From contig NC_057726.1 of NCBI RefSeq assembly GCF_004010195.1, positions 49,189,978 to 49,253,977 on the forward strand: 64,000 bases of DNA. The letters are read 5' to 3'. The notes beneath the pieces are model-generated. The model saw only the letters and a program-made list of their open reading frames with translations, was not told the DNA's origin and ran no database searches. This DNA comes from Chiloscyllium plagiosum (Eukaryota). The translations under genes were made by a program, and so were the position numbers. Positions 13,311 to 25,911 of the stretch are shown here, one piece after another; positions within the stretch are counted from its first letter, which is position 1; the number at the start of each line of letters is the position of its first letter.

Positions 13311-14080
13311 ATCTGGATGAAGGAACGGAGGGCATTCTTGCTAAGTTTGCAGATGACGCAAGATAGCTGGAAGGGCAGACAGTGTTGAGGAAGCTGAGAG
13401 GCTGCAGAAGGAGTTGGACAGACTAGGAGAGGGGCCAAAGAAATGACAGATGGATTACAATGTGGGAAAGTATAAGGTCATGTACTTTGGGAGGAAGAAT
13501 AAAGGCGTAGACCAATTTATAAACTGGGAAAGGCTTTGGAAATCTGAAGCACAGAGGGGTTTGATTAGATTACTTAGTGTGGAAACAGGCCCTTCGACCC
13601 AACAAGTCCACACCGACCCGCTGAAGCGCAACCCACCCATACCCCTACATTTACCCCTTACCTAACACTATAGGCAATTTAGCATGGCCAATTCACCTGA
13701 CCTGCACATCTTTGGACTGTGGGAGGAAACCGGAGCACCCGGAGGAAACCCACGCAGACACTGGGAGAACGTGCAAACTCCACACAGTTAGTCGCCTGAG
13801 GCGGGAATTGAACCCGGGTCTCTGGTGCTGTGAGGCAGCAGTGCTAACCAGTCCTAGTTCAGATTCCTTTTAAGGTTAACATGCAGGTTCAGTTGGAGTT
13901 AGGAAGGCAAATACTGAGATGGACTGCTGAGGCTAAAAAAGGCTCAGGTCAAACTGCATTTGGAATATTGTGAGCAGTTTTGGGTCCGATAGCTAAGAAA
14001 GGATGTGCTAGGCTTGGAGATTTACGAGAATAATCCTGGGGATGAACAGCGTTTCATATGAGGAGCAGTTGAGGACTCTG
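13311..14080 (+). mobile_element. CR1-type LINE fragment interrupted by a SINE
   Basis: AAGTTTGCAGATGAC (KFADD RT motif); HLEYCEQFW-like segment after the SINE. Confidence 0.8.
13562..13850 (-). mobile_element. HE1-like tRNA-derived SINE, well preserved
   Basis: Minus strand TGGTTAGCACTGCTGCCTCACAGC...CCCGGGTTCAATTCCCGCC (A/B boxes) ... GAAGGGCCTGTTTCCACACT..AATCTAATC tail. Confidence 0.9.
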
Positions 14081-16217
14081 AGAATGAAAAGCATTTCATT
14101 GCCTATGTTGAGAAAAATGTTCCCAATTTTTTCTGTAAGCTTCAAGTGGTGAATTCACAATGTCATCATTTGAGTGACAACTTTCTATTTTTATTATCTA
14201 TTAAAACCTCAACTCATCTTTTTATGCCTTTTCTAATTCTCTCCTTTTAGACTTCTACATGTACTTAGAGTGGGTACTTGCTAGCTGCAGCTCACTGAGG
14301 TCTTGTCTCCCCTAGCATCTAACAACTGCTTCAGAACAATGTGCTGTATCGCCATCACCTTCCTCAATTCTACATTCTCACAATCTGACATCAGCAAATC
14401 ATCAGCCTCACCACATCATGCTTGTTCTTAAACCTATAACATCACCAAAGAAGATGTGCGCAACTCCGACATTCATATAGGATGCATTTTGTCTCGTTAT
14501 ACTTGTGCACGTTCACCTTACCACTTGGAGGCTGCCAACCCCAGTATATTTCATGTTGCTTTCTCAAAGCATACCTTCCGCACTAAAAGCTCCCAGCCTG
14601 CATGTATCCTGTTCCGTTCTCATTGCACAAGGTCTTTAGAGCTTAGTGCTGTCAAACAACACACTCTGAGGGCAATTTACTGGCTTGCAGTTTCTGAAGC
14701 AGTGTTCAACTGAGCTTTAAGTATAACACTAGGAGCATCAAAGGCATAGGTTCTCAGCAGTAGCGAACACTTGTTCCTCTCAAGCCATACAATTCCCCAA
14801 GAATGGTGCCCAAGATCCTCCTTGCATATTAATGACAGAGAGCTGGAGGTTGTGTGAGAAATATTGTTCTGAGCCATGGTGGACTGAGTGTGATGAATCT
14901 CATTAAGCAAAAAAACTTTAACTACAAATAAGAAAACTTCAACTATTGGACTGTTTGTGTGCAATTCCTTAAGGTTGCAGGGAAGGTTAATAAAGCATAT
15001 GCAATCCATATTTTATAAATAGAGGCATAGAGTACAAATACTAAATGTATACTTCATGCTCTTGATTACATGTTACTTTAATCCCAGCTGGAGTGTTGCA
15101 TTCAGCTCTGGGCACCACACCTAAGAAAGGTCATATGATTTATGAAGAAGGTACAGAAGACTTTTTTTATATATTTGTTCATAGGTTGTAGACATCACTG
15201 GTGAATGAGAGTTTTTTTATTGTTCATTCTAATTTGTCCTAGAATAGGATGCCAAACTGCTTTTTTGAACTTCTTGTGTTTTAGACACCCACAGTACTGT
15301 TACAAAGTTAGCCTTGGAATTTTGTCCTAGTTCTAGATTAGAGTGGCGCTGGAAAAGCACAGCAGTTCAGGCAGCATCCGAGTTTTACCTATTTTGTCCA
15401 AGTGATGATTCGGAAACAGTTAAATGTTTGCACGTTAAGATGGTCTGTGACTTGGAGAGAAATTTTGAAGTGGTACTCCTTTGCACCTAAGCAAGAGATG
15501 TTGCAGTTTGGAAGCTGCTATTGAAGAAATCTTAATGGATATCTGCACTGTATCTTGGGGTTGTGATGCAAACTAGCCACAGCTCAGGGATTGTGAAAAG
15601 TGTGAATATTGAATATTGTTGTGGTTCCACTTGTGCAGGCAGCCTTTTCCTTGGAACTGCACTTATCCAGTCATTTACTATAATGGTTCCTGAGATAAAG
15701 AATTAGTCAGATGGGTAGACTGTTCTCCCTGGAGCAGAAAAGCAGAGAAGATAATTTAGTAAAGGTGCTCAAAGTTCTGGTAGTTTGGTAAGTAATAAGT
15801 TTCCAATGGCAGAATAGTTAGCAAGTGGAAATCTGACTTCCGGTGTTGGGGAAAAGAATCATAAACAACTAGAGGGGGAAAAGTACATAGTGACTTGTTC
15901 TGATCTGGAATGCAATGCATGAAATGGTGATGGAAGCAAGTTGAGTACTCGCTTTCTAAAAGGAATTGGCTCCATATTTGAAGCAGGGAGAAAAGTTATT
16001 AGGCTATGGGCAAGAGTACAGGAGTTCAAAAAGAAAGTGCACATGAAGAAGTGAGATGAGCAGGGCAATATAAAGTAGCATCTGTAAGTACAGGATATTG
16101 GATCTTTAAAGTTATGCCCCAGTATGAGACTGCATTCATATGTACAAGCATTCATAAGTCAGATGTTTGTAAATTGGTGATTGCAATATTAAAAAATACT
16201 ATCTTGTTCTATTTCAG

Positions 16218-16429
16218 GATATGCATGTTGGGAAATCGAACTCTTTCTAGAAATCTATTTGATATTTGTGCCAAAACCACGACTGAAAACAATTTGACAG
16301 TGACCACTAAATTATGGGACCTGTTCTGCACTTCTAAAAATCAGACAGACACTTGCGATGAGTACTTTGTTCAAAATAATGTCACAGAAATTCAAGGAAT
16401 TCCAGGTGTAGCAAGTGGCAGAATTAAAG
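16218..16429 (+). CDS. slc12a4: KCC1 coding exon (~exon 8; large glycosylated extracellular loop)
   Basis: TTTCAG|...|GTTTGT; 212 nt; [11 protein letters not shown]...CAK...LWDLFC...[22 protein letters not shown]. Four Cys and the sequons NRT, NLT, NQT, NVT. Confidence 0.95.
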
Positions 16430-17697
16430 GTTTGTATGAGTTTGTATTAATGATGCATTTTGGAACATTTTTATAATTGGTGGAAATAATTTGTGTGCAC
16501 TTGAAATAATGAAGGTTTCATATTTTCAAGGTTGCATTTTTAAAATAGGAAGTCCAGTTCCTGGCTTCACAGTTACCTTATATTGTGTTGATCCACTAGA
16601 GGGCCTTCTTGTATCTTGCAAGTTCCATCTGACTGCAATTATAATATTGTCCACTTATCATTGGTAAAACGTCTAACATAAAATACTACTGCTACTTCCT
16701 TGTGAGGAACCCAGTAAACATATGTATACAATATCAGTACTAATAATCATTCAGATAAAGGCAACAAATTAATTTTGTGTTATGTCCAAATTCAGATTAG
16801 TCAAATGTAAACCAAGTATTTGCATATTACAGCTCCAATTTTGTCACAAACTTCTGTTTACCTTTTGGGTTAATAATGTGCCTGTGTTTTTTTTAATACC
16901 ATAACAGTTGTCAGAATAACAGCACATATAGTTATTTATGCATAAATGTTGTGGCAACTTCAGGTGGGGGCCCAAGGGTGATTGTGCACAGAAATTTGAA
17001 AGCCTGTATTGAGGGTGCACCATTATTAGGTTTGCATAAAGCAGCATCTCAATGATTCACAACCATGGAAGGGCAGTGAAGTTGCTGTACATGCCTGGCA
17101 AATGTGTACTTGATGTGCCACAGACTTTGTGATGCAAGGAGCCTTTAAGGTTTGCACATTCTTCTAACAATGTGCTAAATGTTAATTAGCGACAGGTAAA
17201 TCTGAGGCACCAAACGTAAACTTTTGGAAGCATGAATAGTCTCTTCCTTATATCCAGTTGCTGAATATTTGAAGAATGTAAAATAATTGACCTTTTTTGT
17301 TTCTGTATCTCTTTCCTTACTTTCCCATTAGATTTTCTTTTCAGGATCTGATTTGTTATTGAATTAATTCACTCAAATTTACACATCCTTCTCAGTCTTT
17401 GTATTTATTTCAAAATCATCAATCTGATTGGCATGCCTTGATCACTCAGGTTACAGATTACCTCCCCAAGGCTTTTTAGCTCCTGTTCTTGTCAATTCTG
17501 ATACATAATATCATTCCAATAAAACAAGTAAAGGTAAGCCTAACCAACTACAGAGTTAAGTTCACTTGAGTAAATTATGACTCATTGCAATTATTGAACC
17601 AGTTCTTTTTGTCTGCTGAAGTAAAAAATCAAATTATTCCAATTGTTTGAAATAAATTTGTGTATTTTAATAATTCCCACATATCATACTTTAAACC

Positions 17698-17880
17698 TTG
17701 GATCAAGAATGTGGTGCTGAAAAAGGACAGCAGGTCAGGCAGCATCAGAGGAGCAGGAGAGTCAGCGTTTCGGGCATAAACAGTTCATTAGGACTGCTCC
17801 TCAGATGCTGCCTGACCTGTGCTTTTCCAGCACCACACTCTCGACTCTGATTTCCAGCATCTGCTGTCCTCACTTTCTGC
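17698..17880. mobile_element. Fold-back Penelope-like repeat (family 1) with TSD
   Basis: Inverted arms; flanked by TCATACTTTAAACC (17684-17697) and TCATATTTTAAACC (17881-17894). Confidence 0.75.
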
Positions 17881-20398
17881 TCATATTTTAAACCGAGATG
17901 TGATTCACTCCTGGATCTAGATTATCTGCTAGGTTGACCTGCTCCTGTACAATTCAGCAGATATCAGACAACTCAATGTTTTGAATTACAAAATGTTTGA
18001 AATGCCTGTTACATTGAGCATAAATGAGAAGTGGTGGTGCAGTGGTCACCTGACCAATAATCCAGAGAGCCACACTAATGGTTTGGGGATGTGGATTAGA
18101 GTTGCTCTATGGCAGATGGTAAAATTTGATTTCAATAAAAAATTCTGGAACTGAAATTATTAAAAAAAGGGTGACTGTGTAACCATTGTCAGCATTATCA
18201 AATACATCATTGCATTTCTTAATACAAGGAGAAAAAAATAAAACCATTATGTTTTATGATGTTGTTTGACGGTGCTGTATTTTAGAAGTTTTTTTAAATA
18301 TTAATGATTGATTATATAAATGCTTTTGAGTGCAAACTCTAATCAGAGTTTCACTTTGAGAAACATAATTAATATCTAGTGCAGTTTGTGCCCAGAATGT
18401 TGATTTTTGTGATCAGAAACTGTACCTAGACTTTTGACTTCCTTTTTTTGTGTGCTCCTTCACATTCCAACCCACCCTGTTACGTTTGGAAAAAACTGTT
18501 TTTTTATCCTCTGACAATAGTAAACCATCACCTTTTTGTTTTAAAAAAACAAATCTTACTTATTTTCTCTCTATCTATGATATTTGGTTCTTGCCTTTGT
18601 GCACCATTCAAAAACTAGAACTACAAAGTGTTGTTCATACCTCTGACTAGTTCAAAATGGCAATCACAATGGAAGTGAACTTGGACAATCTCCAGCATCT
18701 GCAGTCCTCACTTTCTCCCAATTTCTATAATTATTGGGTAGACCACAACCATCAGTTCCACACCAAGGCAGCAAGAGATCTTGCCAAGAAATTTGAATTC
18801 AATAAAAAAAACTGGAATTAAAAGCTAGAATAACCGTGACCATGTAACTGTTGTTGATTGTCGTAAATACCCACCTGGTTCATTAATGTCTTTTGGGGAG
18901 TAAAATCGCCATCCTTGTGTGGTCTGGTCTATATATCACTCTAGACCCACAGCAGCATGATTGACTCTCAACTGCACTCTGAAATAAATTAGAAAACTCA
19001 GTTTAAAGGTAATTAATAATGGGCAATTTATGTTGGCCCAGTCAGCAATTCCCATTTGCTGAGAACAACTTTTTGTTTTAAAAACCGTCCTCATTGTCAG
19101 ATTTCTAAATTATTGGAAGAAGCATTCACTATTCTCTTAAATGTTCAAAATATTGAAAATCCTTTCACACCTCTTCAGAGTTTGCACACACTCCCTGATT
19201 TGATATCGCTCAAATGTAACAAGATCCAGCCCTCTTGTGACAGAGTAGTGGCATCCCTACCCCTGGACTGGGAGACCTGGGTTCGAGTCCCACCTGCTCC
19301 AGAGGTGTGTAATAAATCTCTGAGTGGGTTGATTAGAAAAATAGGTAATTTAAAAATACAAAATCCAAGTCATTTCTATGAGTTTAGTAGAAGAATTTCC
19401 AATACAGAAACCAGTTCAAAAAGTATCGATTTACTCATTGGCTCTCCTTCATATTGTACCTCTATATCCATTTGACCACAACTTAATTTTTTTTACTGAA
19501 TAGTTTCTGAATGATCACATCACATTGCCTGTGTCTTTACACTCTAATTTTTTTGAAGTTCAGTTGGTTTAGTCATTTGTAATACTTATTACAGACTGCG
19601 AGCTCTTCAAGTTAACAAAATACTTGACCAAGCACAAATGAATTTGTGTTCATAACATGAAGATTTGGAAGTCACTAATTTTTGCCAGAACTATTCTATT
19701 TTTTAAAAAAGGTATCTAACCTCACTCGCCAAAATTGAGTGTTTTCTGACTTGTGCATCATATATACAAAATTAAGATTATATATTTTTGCAGAAAACAT
19801 TTGAAATTTAAGTCATGTATTTATTTTTTTAAAAAGAGTAAAATGTTAACCTAATTTTATTGCCTACTGTTTTGCTAACTGTCTAAATCAGCTGAGGTTC
19901 TGTTTTCTTTAAAAGAAACGGTATTTTAGCTTTTAAAGTAAGTGGAAAGTACCACCCCCACTGATAGGTGCATGAATCTCAAACACAGATGTTAAGAATA
20001 ATATAATGAAACACTGTAGTTGTCCAAAATAATACTTGTGTGCAAGTCCTTGTTCTAAAGATTCTGTATATTTTTTTTATAATTTAAAGTTACTTTAACT
20101 TTAAATATTTAATCTAGTGGTTGCATATTTTGCAGGATTACAACTAGTTGGATTAATTACTAACTTAAACATTTCATAAAGTCTACAATTTGAATTTTTA
20201 ACTCTGCTTTATTTCAGGTTATTTTTATCTAAAATAACCATTCAAACAATCTGAACCACAGATTTTAATTTTAAAAGCATTAGCCGTGATAATGATACAT
20301 AATTGGAAAAAACTATCTTTTCGGTCTTGTTTGTGATGAATTAGCTTCTTTACGATTTGCTGTAATTAAGATTTCCCTATTATTGGTCAATTTTGCAG

Positions 20399-20563
20399 AG
20401 AATCTATGGAGCAGTTACATGACCAAAGGAGAGATACTACAAAAGCATTCTTTACCATCTGTTGAAGCTTCTGGATCAAGAAAAAATCTACATGCCTATG
20501 TGTTTGCTGACATTACTACTACCTTTACAATGTTGGTTGGCATTTTCTTCCCTTCTGTAACTG
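20399..20563 (+). CDS. slc12a4: KCC1 coding exon (~exon 9)
   Basis: TTGCAG|...|GTGAGG; 165 nt; [13 protein letters not shown]...[22 protein letters not shown](G). Confidence 0.95.
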
Positions 20564-21011
20564 GTGAGGAAACTTCAATTATTATGGAGGAGAGATGATT
20601 TGGAAGGTGTACAGGTCATTCTGCTATAACTTTAATTCTGCTATAACTTTAATTGCCGCACTGTGGGCACTGTTTCAATAGTGCAAACTTTTAAAATGTG
20701 TAATGGCATGGTATTGTTTGCTAATGCACAAGCTCTTTGAAATGCAGAAAGTCCTATAATTGTTATAACATCATTAGAAGTCAGTTTTAACATGTGAATA
20801 ATTTCTCTACTTTTCCAAGAACTGGCACTTGGAAATTACTTTCCATTATTTTTTGTACACGCGTGTTAAATGTATTTTTGGCACTGACATCAAACACTAG
20901 AAAATGTCAACTGTAGACTGAGCAGTTGGTATATGGAAATTGAGCAGGATGTTGTTGTCATGCTTAATGTTAGCTAGAATTTTAACTGTTGTGTGTCTAG
21001 ATGTTGTAATA

Positions 21012-21163
21012 TGTGGTGCAGGAAAAACACAGGAATTCCTGAAGAAGGGCTTATGCCCGAAACGGCGATTCTCCTGCTCCTCTGATGCTGCCTGACCTGC
21101 TGTGTTTTTCCAGCACCACATTTTTGAACTCTGGTCTCCAGCATCTGCAGTCTTCACTTTCTC
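21012..21163 (+). mobile_element. Penelope-like repeat (family 1) with near-intact minimal hammerhead core and TSD
   Basis: CTGAAGA-A-GGGC(TTAT)GCCC-GAAA-CG-GC-GATTC at 21039-21071; TSD CTAGAT(G/A)TTGTAATA at 20997-21011 and 21164-21178. Confidence 0.8.
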
Positions 21164-21412
21164 CTAGATATTGTAATACACTAGGTATGTTAAGAGGTAA
21201 TGACAATTGCACGGTACTGTTGAAAGTTTGTTTATTTATATAATTGTCATTATTCTTGACTCATTCAATTATGTTTCAATGGTTTTCTAATGGTTTCTGT
21301 ATTCTTAGGGAAAATGTGATGTTCTGTGTATCTTCCAGATCAATGCAGGTCTTGCTCCAATTTTTTTTTAAAGGGTCTAATCAAAGAGACTCTCAGTCAC
21401 TTGTATGATGGA

Positions 21413-22284
21413 TGGAGGTGCAGGTGTTGGACTGGAGTGGACAAAGTCAGAAATCATGTGACACCAGGTTGTAGTCCAACAGATTTATTTGAAATCACAA
21501 GTTTTCGGAGCAAAGCCCCTTCGTCTGGTCTAATGAGAGGGCAGCACACAGCACAGAATGCATGGGCACAGAGCTTAAAAGATCATACAAATTGTGTGAG
21601 TGGAGTGTCAGATAATAAGTCTCTGCAGGTGACCAAGAGTGTCAGATAGTGTGAGTAAAGTGTCAACAGCTGAATAACAAGTGAAGGGATGACCTGGAAT
21701 CTGAAGGAGAGGGATAATTACAAAAAATTTAAAATAAGGTGGTGCTGGACACAAACCAAATGACTGGAATAACATGGAACAAAAACAGAAGCCACTGGAA
21801 AGGCCCAGCAGGTCCAACAGCATCTGTGAAGAAAACTAGAGGAAGGGTCACCGGACCCAGAACATGAACCCCTGATTTTTTTTTCACAAATGTTGCCTGA
21901 CCCACTGAGCTCCCCCCCCCTCCCGACAACCACAACCACCGGAGCAATCCCTGCCCTTGCTCCTGATTTACAGCATCTGCAATTCTTTCAGTTTTAATTT
22001 GACTGGAATAATATGACACATATAAGACTTGCATTTAACCGGATTATAGATCATCCGTTTGGTTGTTATTGAACTGTTGCCACATCACTCACTGCCAAAC
22101 ACTCTTGGTTACCTACAGAGACTTATTATTCAATACTCCACTCACACCATTTGCATGATCTTTTGATCTCTCCGCCCATACATTGTGTGCTTCCCTCTCA
22201 TGTCACCTGATGAAGGGGCTATGCTCCAAAAGCTTTTGATTTCAAATAAACCTGTTGGACTATTACCTTGTGTCATGTGACTTT
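21413..22284. mobile_element. Penelope-like element with ~240 bp inverted pseudo-LTRs (family 2) and a nested family-3 repeat (~21776-21990)
   Basis: ~21455-21700 is an imperfect reverse complement of ~22045-22284; both arms carry hammerhead-like cores. Confidence 0.7.
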
Positions 22285-22993
22285 AAGGTGAACTACTTGT
22301 GCCAGCACTGATGCAAATGACGAAACTGTAACCAGCATAAAACATTTGCACAAAATGTCACTTGTTTCCATTTCAATGTTGATTATAATTTCTAATACAT
22401 TAAAAGGCATGTTTGTATGTAACTGCTCATAAATTTTGAATTGTAGTGGGTTTTTTTTGCATGAGAATATGCATTACAACAGTGGCTATATATAGGCAGC
22501 AGAGTACTAAGTAGTTTTGAAGAAAATATGAATATTCCAAAATGATGCCATTCTGAAATAATGGAAATTAAGAGATCAGGCAGCATCTGTGGTAAAAATT
22601 GGAATGGTAGTTTGATATTTTGGGTGAAAATGCTTTAACAAAACTAGTTTTGTCCCCTACTTCCAGGAACAAGTGTTAACCAAGATAATTGCAGTTAGCA
22701 TTCTGTTCTTGACAGTGGCCCTGCAATATACAAGGTGTAAATCTCTTGGGGATTTTTTTTTCACGAGTACAATAGCTGTCACTGAAGCAGGTGGAATATT
22801 TTAACTTGCTGTACAGTAGCAACAGTATTGACATTTGTGTGTATGTAGTGTAGTGTGTTGTAGGTATGTAGTGAATTTTCTCTGTATTCAATGGTGATTT
22901 TAAAGTAGTCCTCTATCCTCTCCCTCTGAGAAGCTATTTGCTGATTTGTTGCAAAATTTGTCCTTGTATTCCATATTTACCAATATATATTAG

Positions 22994-23206
<213 letters not shown>

Positions 23207-23430
23207 TAGCTTAAAATTGAACTAAGTCGCATAGTACTTCCTGTAATACCATGTGGGGATGCCTCTGAGGCTTGTTAGGTGCGGTTTGCTTTCTTTCCTG
23301 TAATCTAGTTTGCAAGTTATCAAATCATTTAATGGCAAGTCAGGAGGAGACTTGAGCACGAATGGCGTCTCTAATGTAGCGTCAAGGAAATCCTGAGTCT
23401 GGTCTGTCAGATAGTGCTATTCTCATGAAT

Positions 23431-23608
23431 ACCACAGTCAAAAGATGTGCAGGTCAGATATTTGGCCATGCTAAATTGCCCATATTGTTAGGTGCATTAG
23501 TCAGAGGGAAATGGGTCTGGGTGGGTTACTCTTCGGAGGGTCAGTGTGGGCTTGTTGGGCTGAAGGGCCTGTTTCCACACTGTAGGGGAACCTAATCTAG
23601 TCTAATCT
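23431..23608 (+). mobile_element. HE1-like SINE 3' half
   Basis: AAGATGTGCAGGTCAG...GGCCATGCTAAATTGCCC...GAAGGGCCTGTTTCCACACTGTAG, with a CTAATCT tail. Confidence 0.85.
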
Positions 23609-24342
23609 CCCCAATGTCTTCGTTGACAGTTATTCTTCCACCAGCATAAGTCAACTCGAGCAGTTTTTTTCTGGTGATTGCACATTGCAGTTTGTGAGGA
23701 TCAATCTTCATACATGTTGGTGTTTTTAATGTTCTAGCAGTGATAATATTTGAAAAGAACTGAAGTGGCTTTTAAAGAACTTTGAGATGGCTGAAGGTCA
23801 TAGAGCATGCTATGAAAATACAACTTGTTTTTTGGCTCAATTCCTTTGATAGAGAATGGTAAATGACTTCACTTATGTCACTGATATGCATCTGAACCCT
23901 GAGTAAGTCTTGATGGGTGCCAACTCTGCAGTTATTCAAGCATTTCTTTTCAAAACGTAGGTTTCCTTTTCAAAATGGGTGTGAAGCCTGCAGTGAAGCA
24001 CACTTCAAATGCATTAGTTGGAATGTTGACACCCACAGACTCACACAACACCCGCACTTGGCAATGCGAAATTTCCCAGGCAGCACACATATGTGGGCAG
24101 TGTTCACCTTCCCCACTTCCCCTCCTAACAGCCGTGTCATACTTTCAGCTTACCCTCAACCTTCTCTGTCATTCCTTCTCCTATCAGGCTTATATCATGA
24201 AAGCTGACTGTCAGGGAATGTAGGCATTGTTGGGGGTGAGGGAGAGAGTTAGCACTAATTATGAGGGGAATAACCGCTCCACTCAAAACTGTATAAGTTC
24301 ATGAACTGAAGACAGACCTTATAGTTGTAAATTCATGAAAGA

Positions 24343-24710
24343 AAAGGGGGATGTGGCTTAGCTGGAATAAGCTTGCCATTTGCTCTGTGCACTCTTCATC
24401 TTTTTACCCCTGCTGGAACCAGTACTAGAAGGTGCAGAGACTCCAGGATAAAATGAGATGTTGGCAAAGTAGTTTTTTTAATTTCAAAAATATACTTTAT
24501 TCATATATATTTAATCTATACAATTGAAAGGGGGATGTGGCTTAGCTGGAATAAGCTTGCCATTTGCTCTGTGCACTCTTCATCTTTTTACCCCTGCTGG
24601 AGCCAGTACTAGAAGGTGCAGAGACTCCAGGATAAAATGAGATGTTGGCAAAGTAGTTTTTTTTATTTCAAAAATATACTTTATTCATATATATTTAATC
24701 TATACAATTG
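24343..24710. repeat. 184-bp tandem duplication (2 copies)
   Basis: 24343-24526 vs 24527-24710; two differences seen. Confidence 0.92.
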
Positions 24711-25911
24711 GACATGTCATCATTCTGTAAACATTCCATTTCTTTGCGTATCGAAACAGGGTGATCATTCATATTCACAGGTTGGTGCGATTACATTGAG
24801 CTCAGACGCCAGCGGAGTCCAAATGACTGCGTGGGCCCCCTGTTCTTCTTAGGCAGGCAGATGTTAGACGGTGGTCTTTCCCCACCGCGCCTTGGCGGCA
24901 GCTGCCCCAAGCTTCAGCGCGTCCCTCAACACGTAGTCCTGGACCTTGGAATGTGCCAGTCTGCAACACTCAGTCGGGGTCAACTCCTTCAGCTGGAAGA
25001 TCAGCAGGTTTCGGACCACCCAGAGAGCGTCCTTCACCGAATTGATGATCCTCCAGGCACAGTTGATGTTCGTCTCGGTGTGCGTCCCGGGGAACAGGCC
25101 GTAGAGCACGGAGTCCCGCGTCACNNNNNNNNNNNNNNNNAGGATCCGCCCTCTCCTTTTCCCGGAGGGTCTCAAGGACACTACGTGCTGACCACTTCCT
25201 GTTGGACTTGTGGTCAAAGGTGTTTTTCTTGTTAAATTTCTCCACGAAGGACAGGTGGTACGGAATGGTCCAACTACTCGGAGGGTTCCGCGGCAGCGAG
25301 GCCAGGCCCATCCTTCGCAACACTGGGGACAGGTAGAACCTCAGTACGTAGTGACACTTGGTGTTTGCGTACCGGGGATCCACGCACAGCTTGATGCAGC
25401 CACACACAAAGGTGGCCATCAGGGTGAGGGTTGCATTGGGTGTGTTTTTTCCCCCATTGCACCGGTCTTTGTACATTACATCTCTTCGGACCCGGTCCAT
25501 CTTTGATCTCCACACGAAGTGGAAGATGGCCCGGGTGACTGCGGCGGCACAGGTTCTGGGGATAGGCCAGACCTGTGCCACGTACAACAATACTGAGAGT
25601 ACCTCACACCTGATGACCAGGTTTTTACCCGCGATGGAGAGCGACCGTTGCTCCCATCTGCCCAGTTTCTGTCTAACCTTCCTGATCCGCTCCTTCCAGG
25701 TCTTGGCACACGCCCCAGCCCCCCCGAACCAAATACCCAGCACCTTCAGGTGGTCAGTCCTGACGGTGAAGGGGATAGAGGATTGGTCGGCCCAGTTCCC
25801 GAAGAGCATGGCTTCGCTCTTGCCTCGGTTTACCTTGGCCCCTGAGGCCCGTTCGAACTGGTCACAGATGCACATGAGTCTGTGCACAGACAGCGGATCC
25901 GAGCAGAAAAC
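24659..25911 (-). mobile_element. 5'-truncated Tx1/L1-clade LINE (ORF2 C-terminal part), young
   Basis: GC-rich; open frame FERASGAKVNRGKSEAM...LKVLGIWF...WEQRSLSIAGKNLVI...; minus-strand AATAAA and A-rich tail; TSD GGCAAAGTAGTT at 24647-24658 and 25912-25923; assembly gap (N) at 25125-25140. Confidence 0.9.

Noticed and set aside
13790..13850. tRNA gene
   Set aside because: tRNA-like A/B boxes are the head of an HE1-like SINE; no complete cloverleaf is present.
20618..20651. 17-bp tandem duplication ATTCTGCTATAACTTTA x2 near the exon 9 donor
   Set aside because: Real, but consistent with ordinary slippage; it creates no splice signal.
25125..25140. Frame change within the Tx1-like ORF
   Set aside because: It coincides with an N gap of unknown true length, so it is not evidence of a frameshift.
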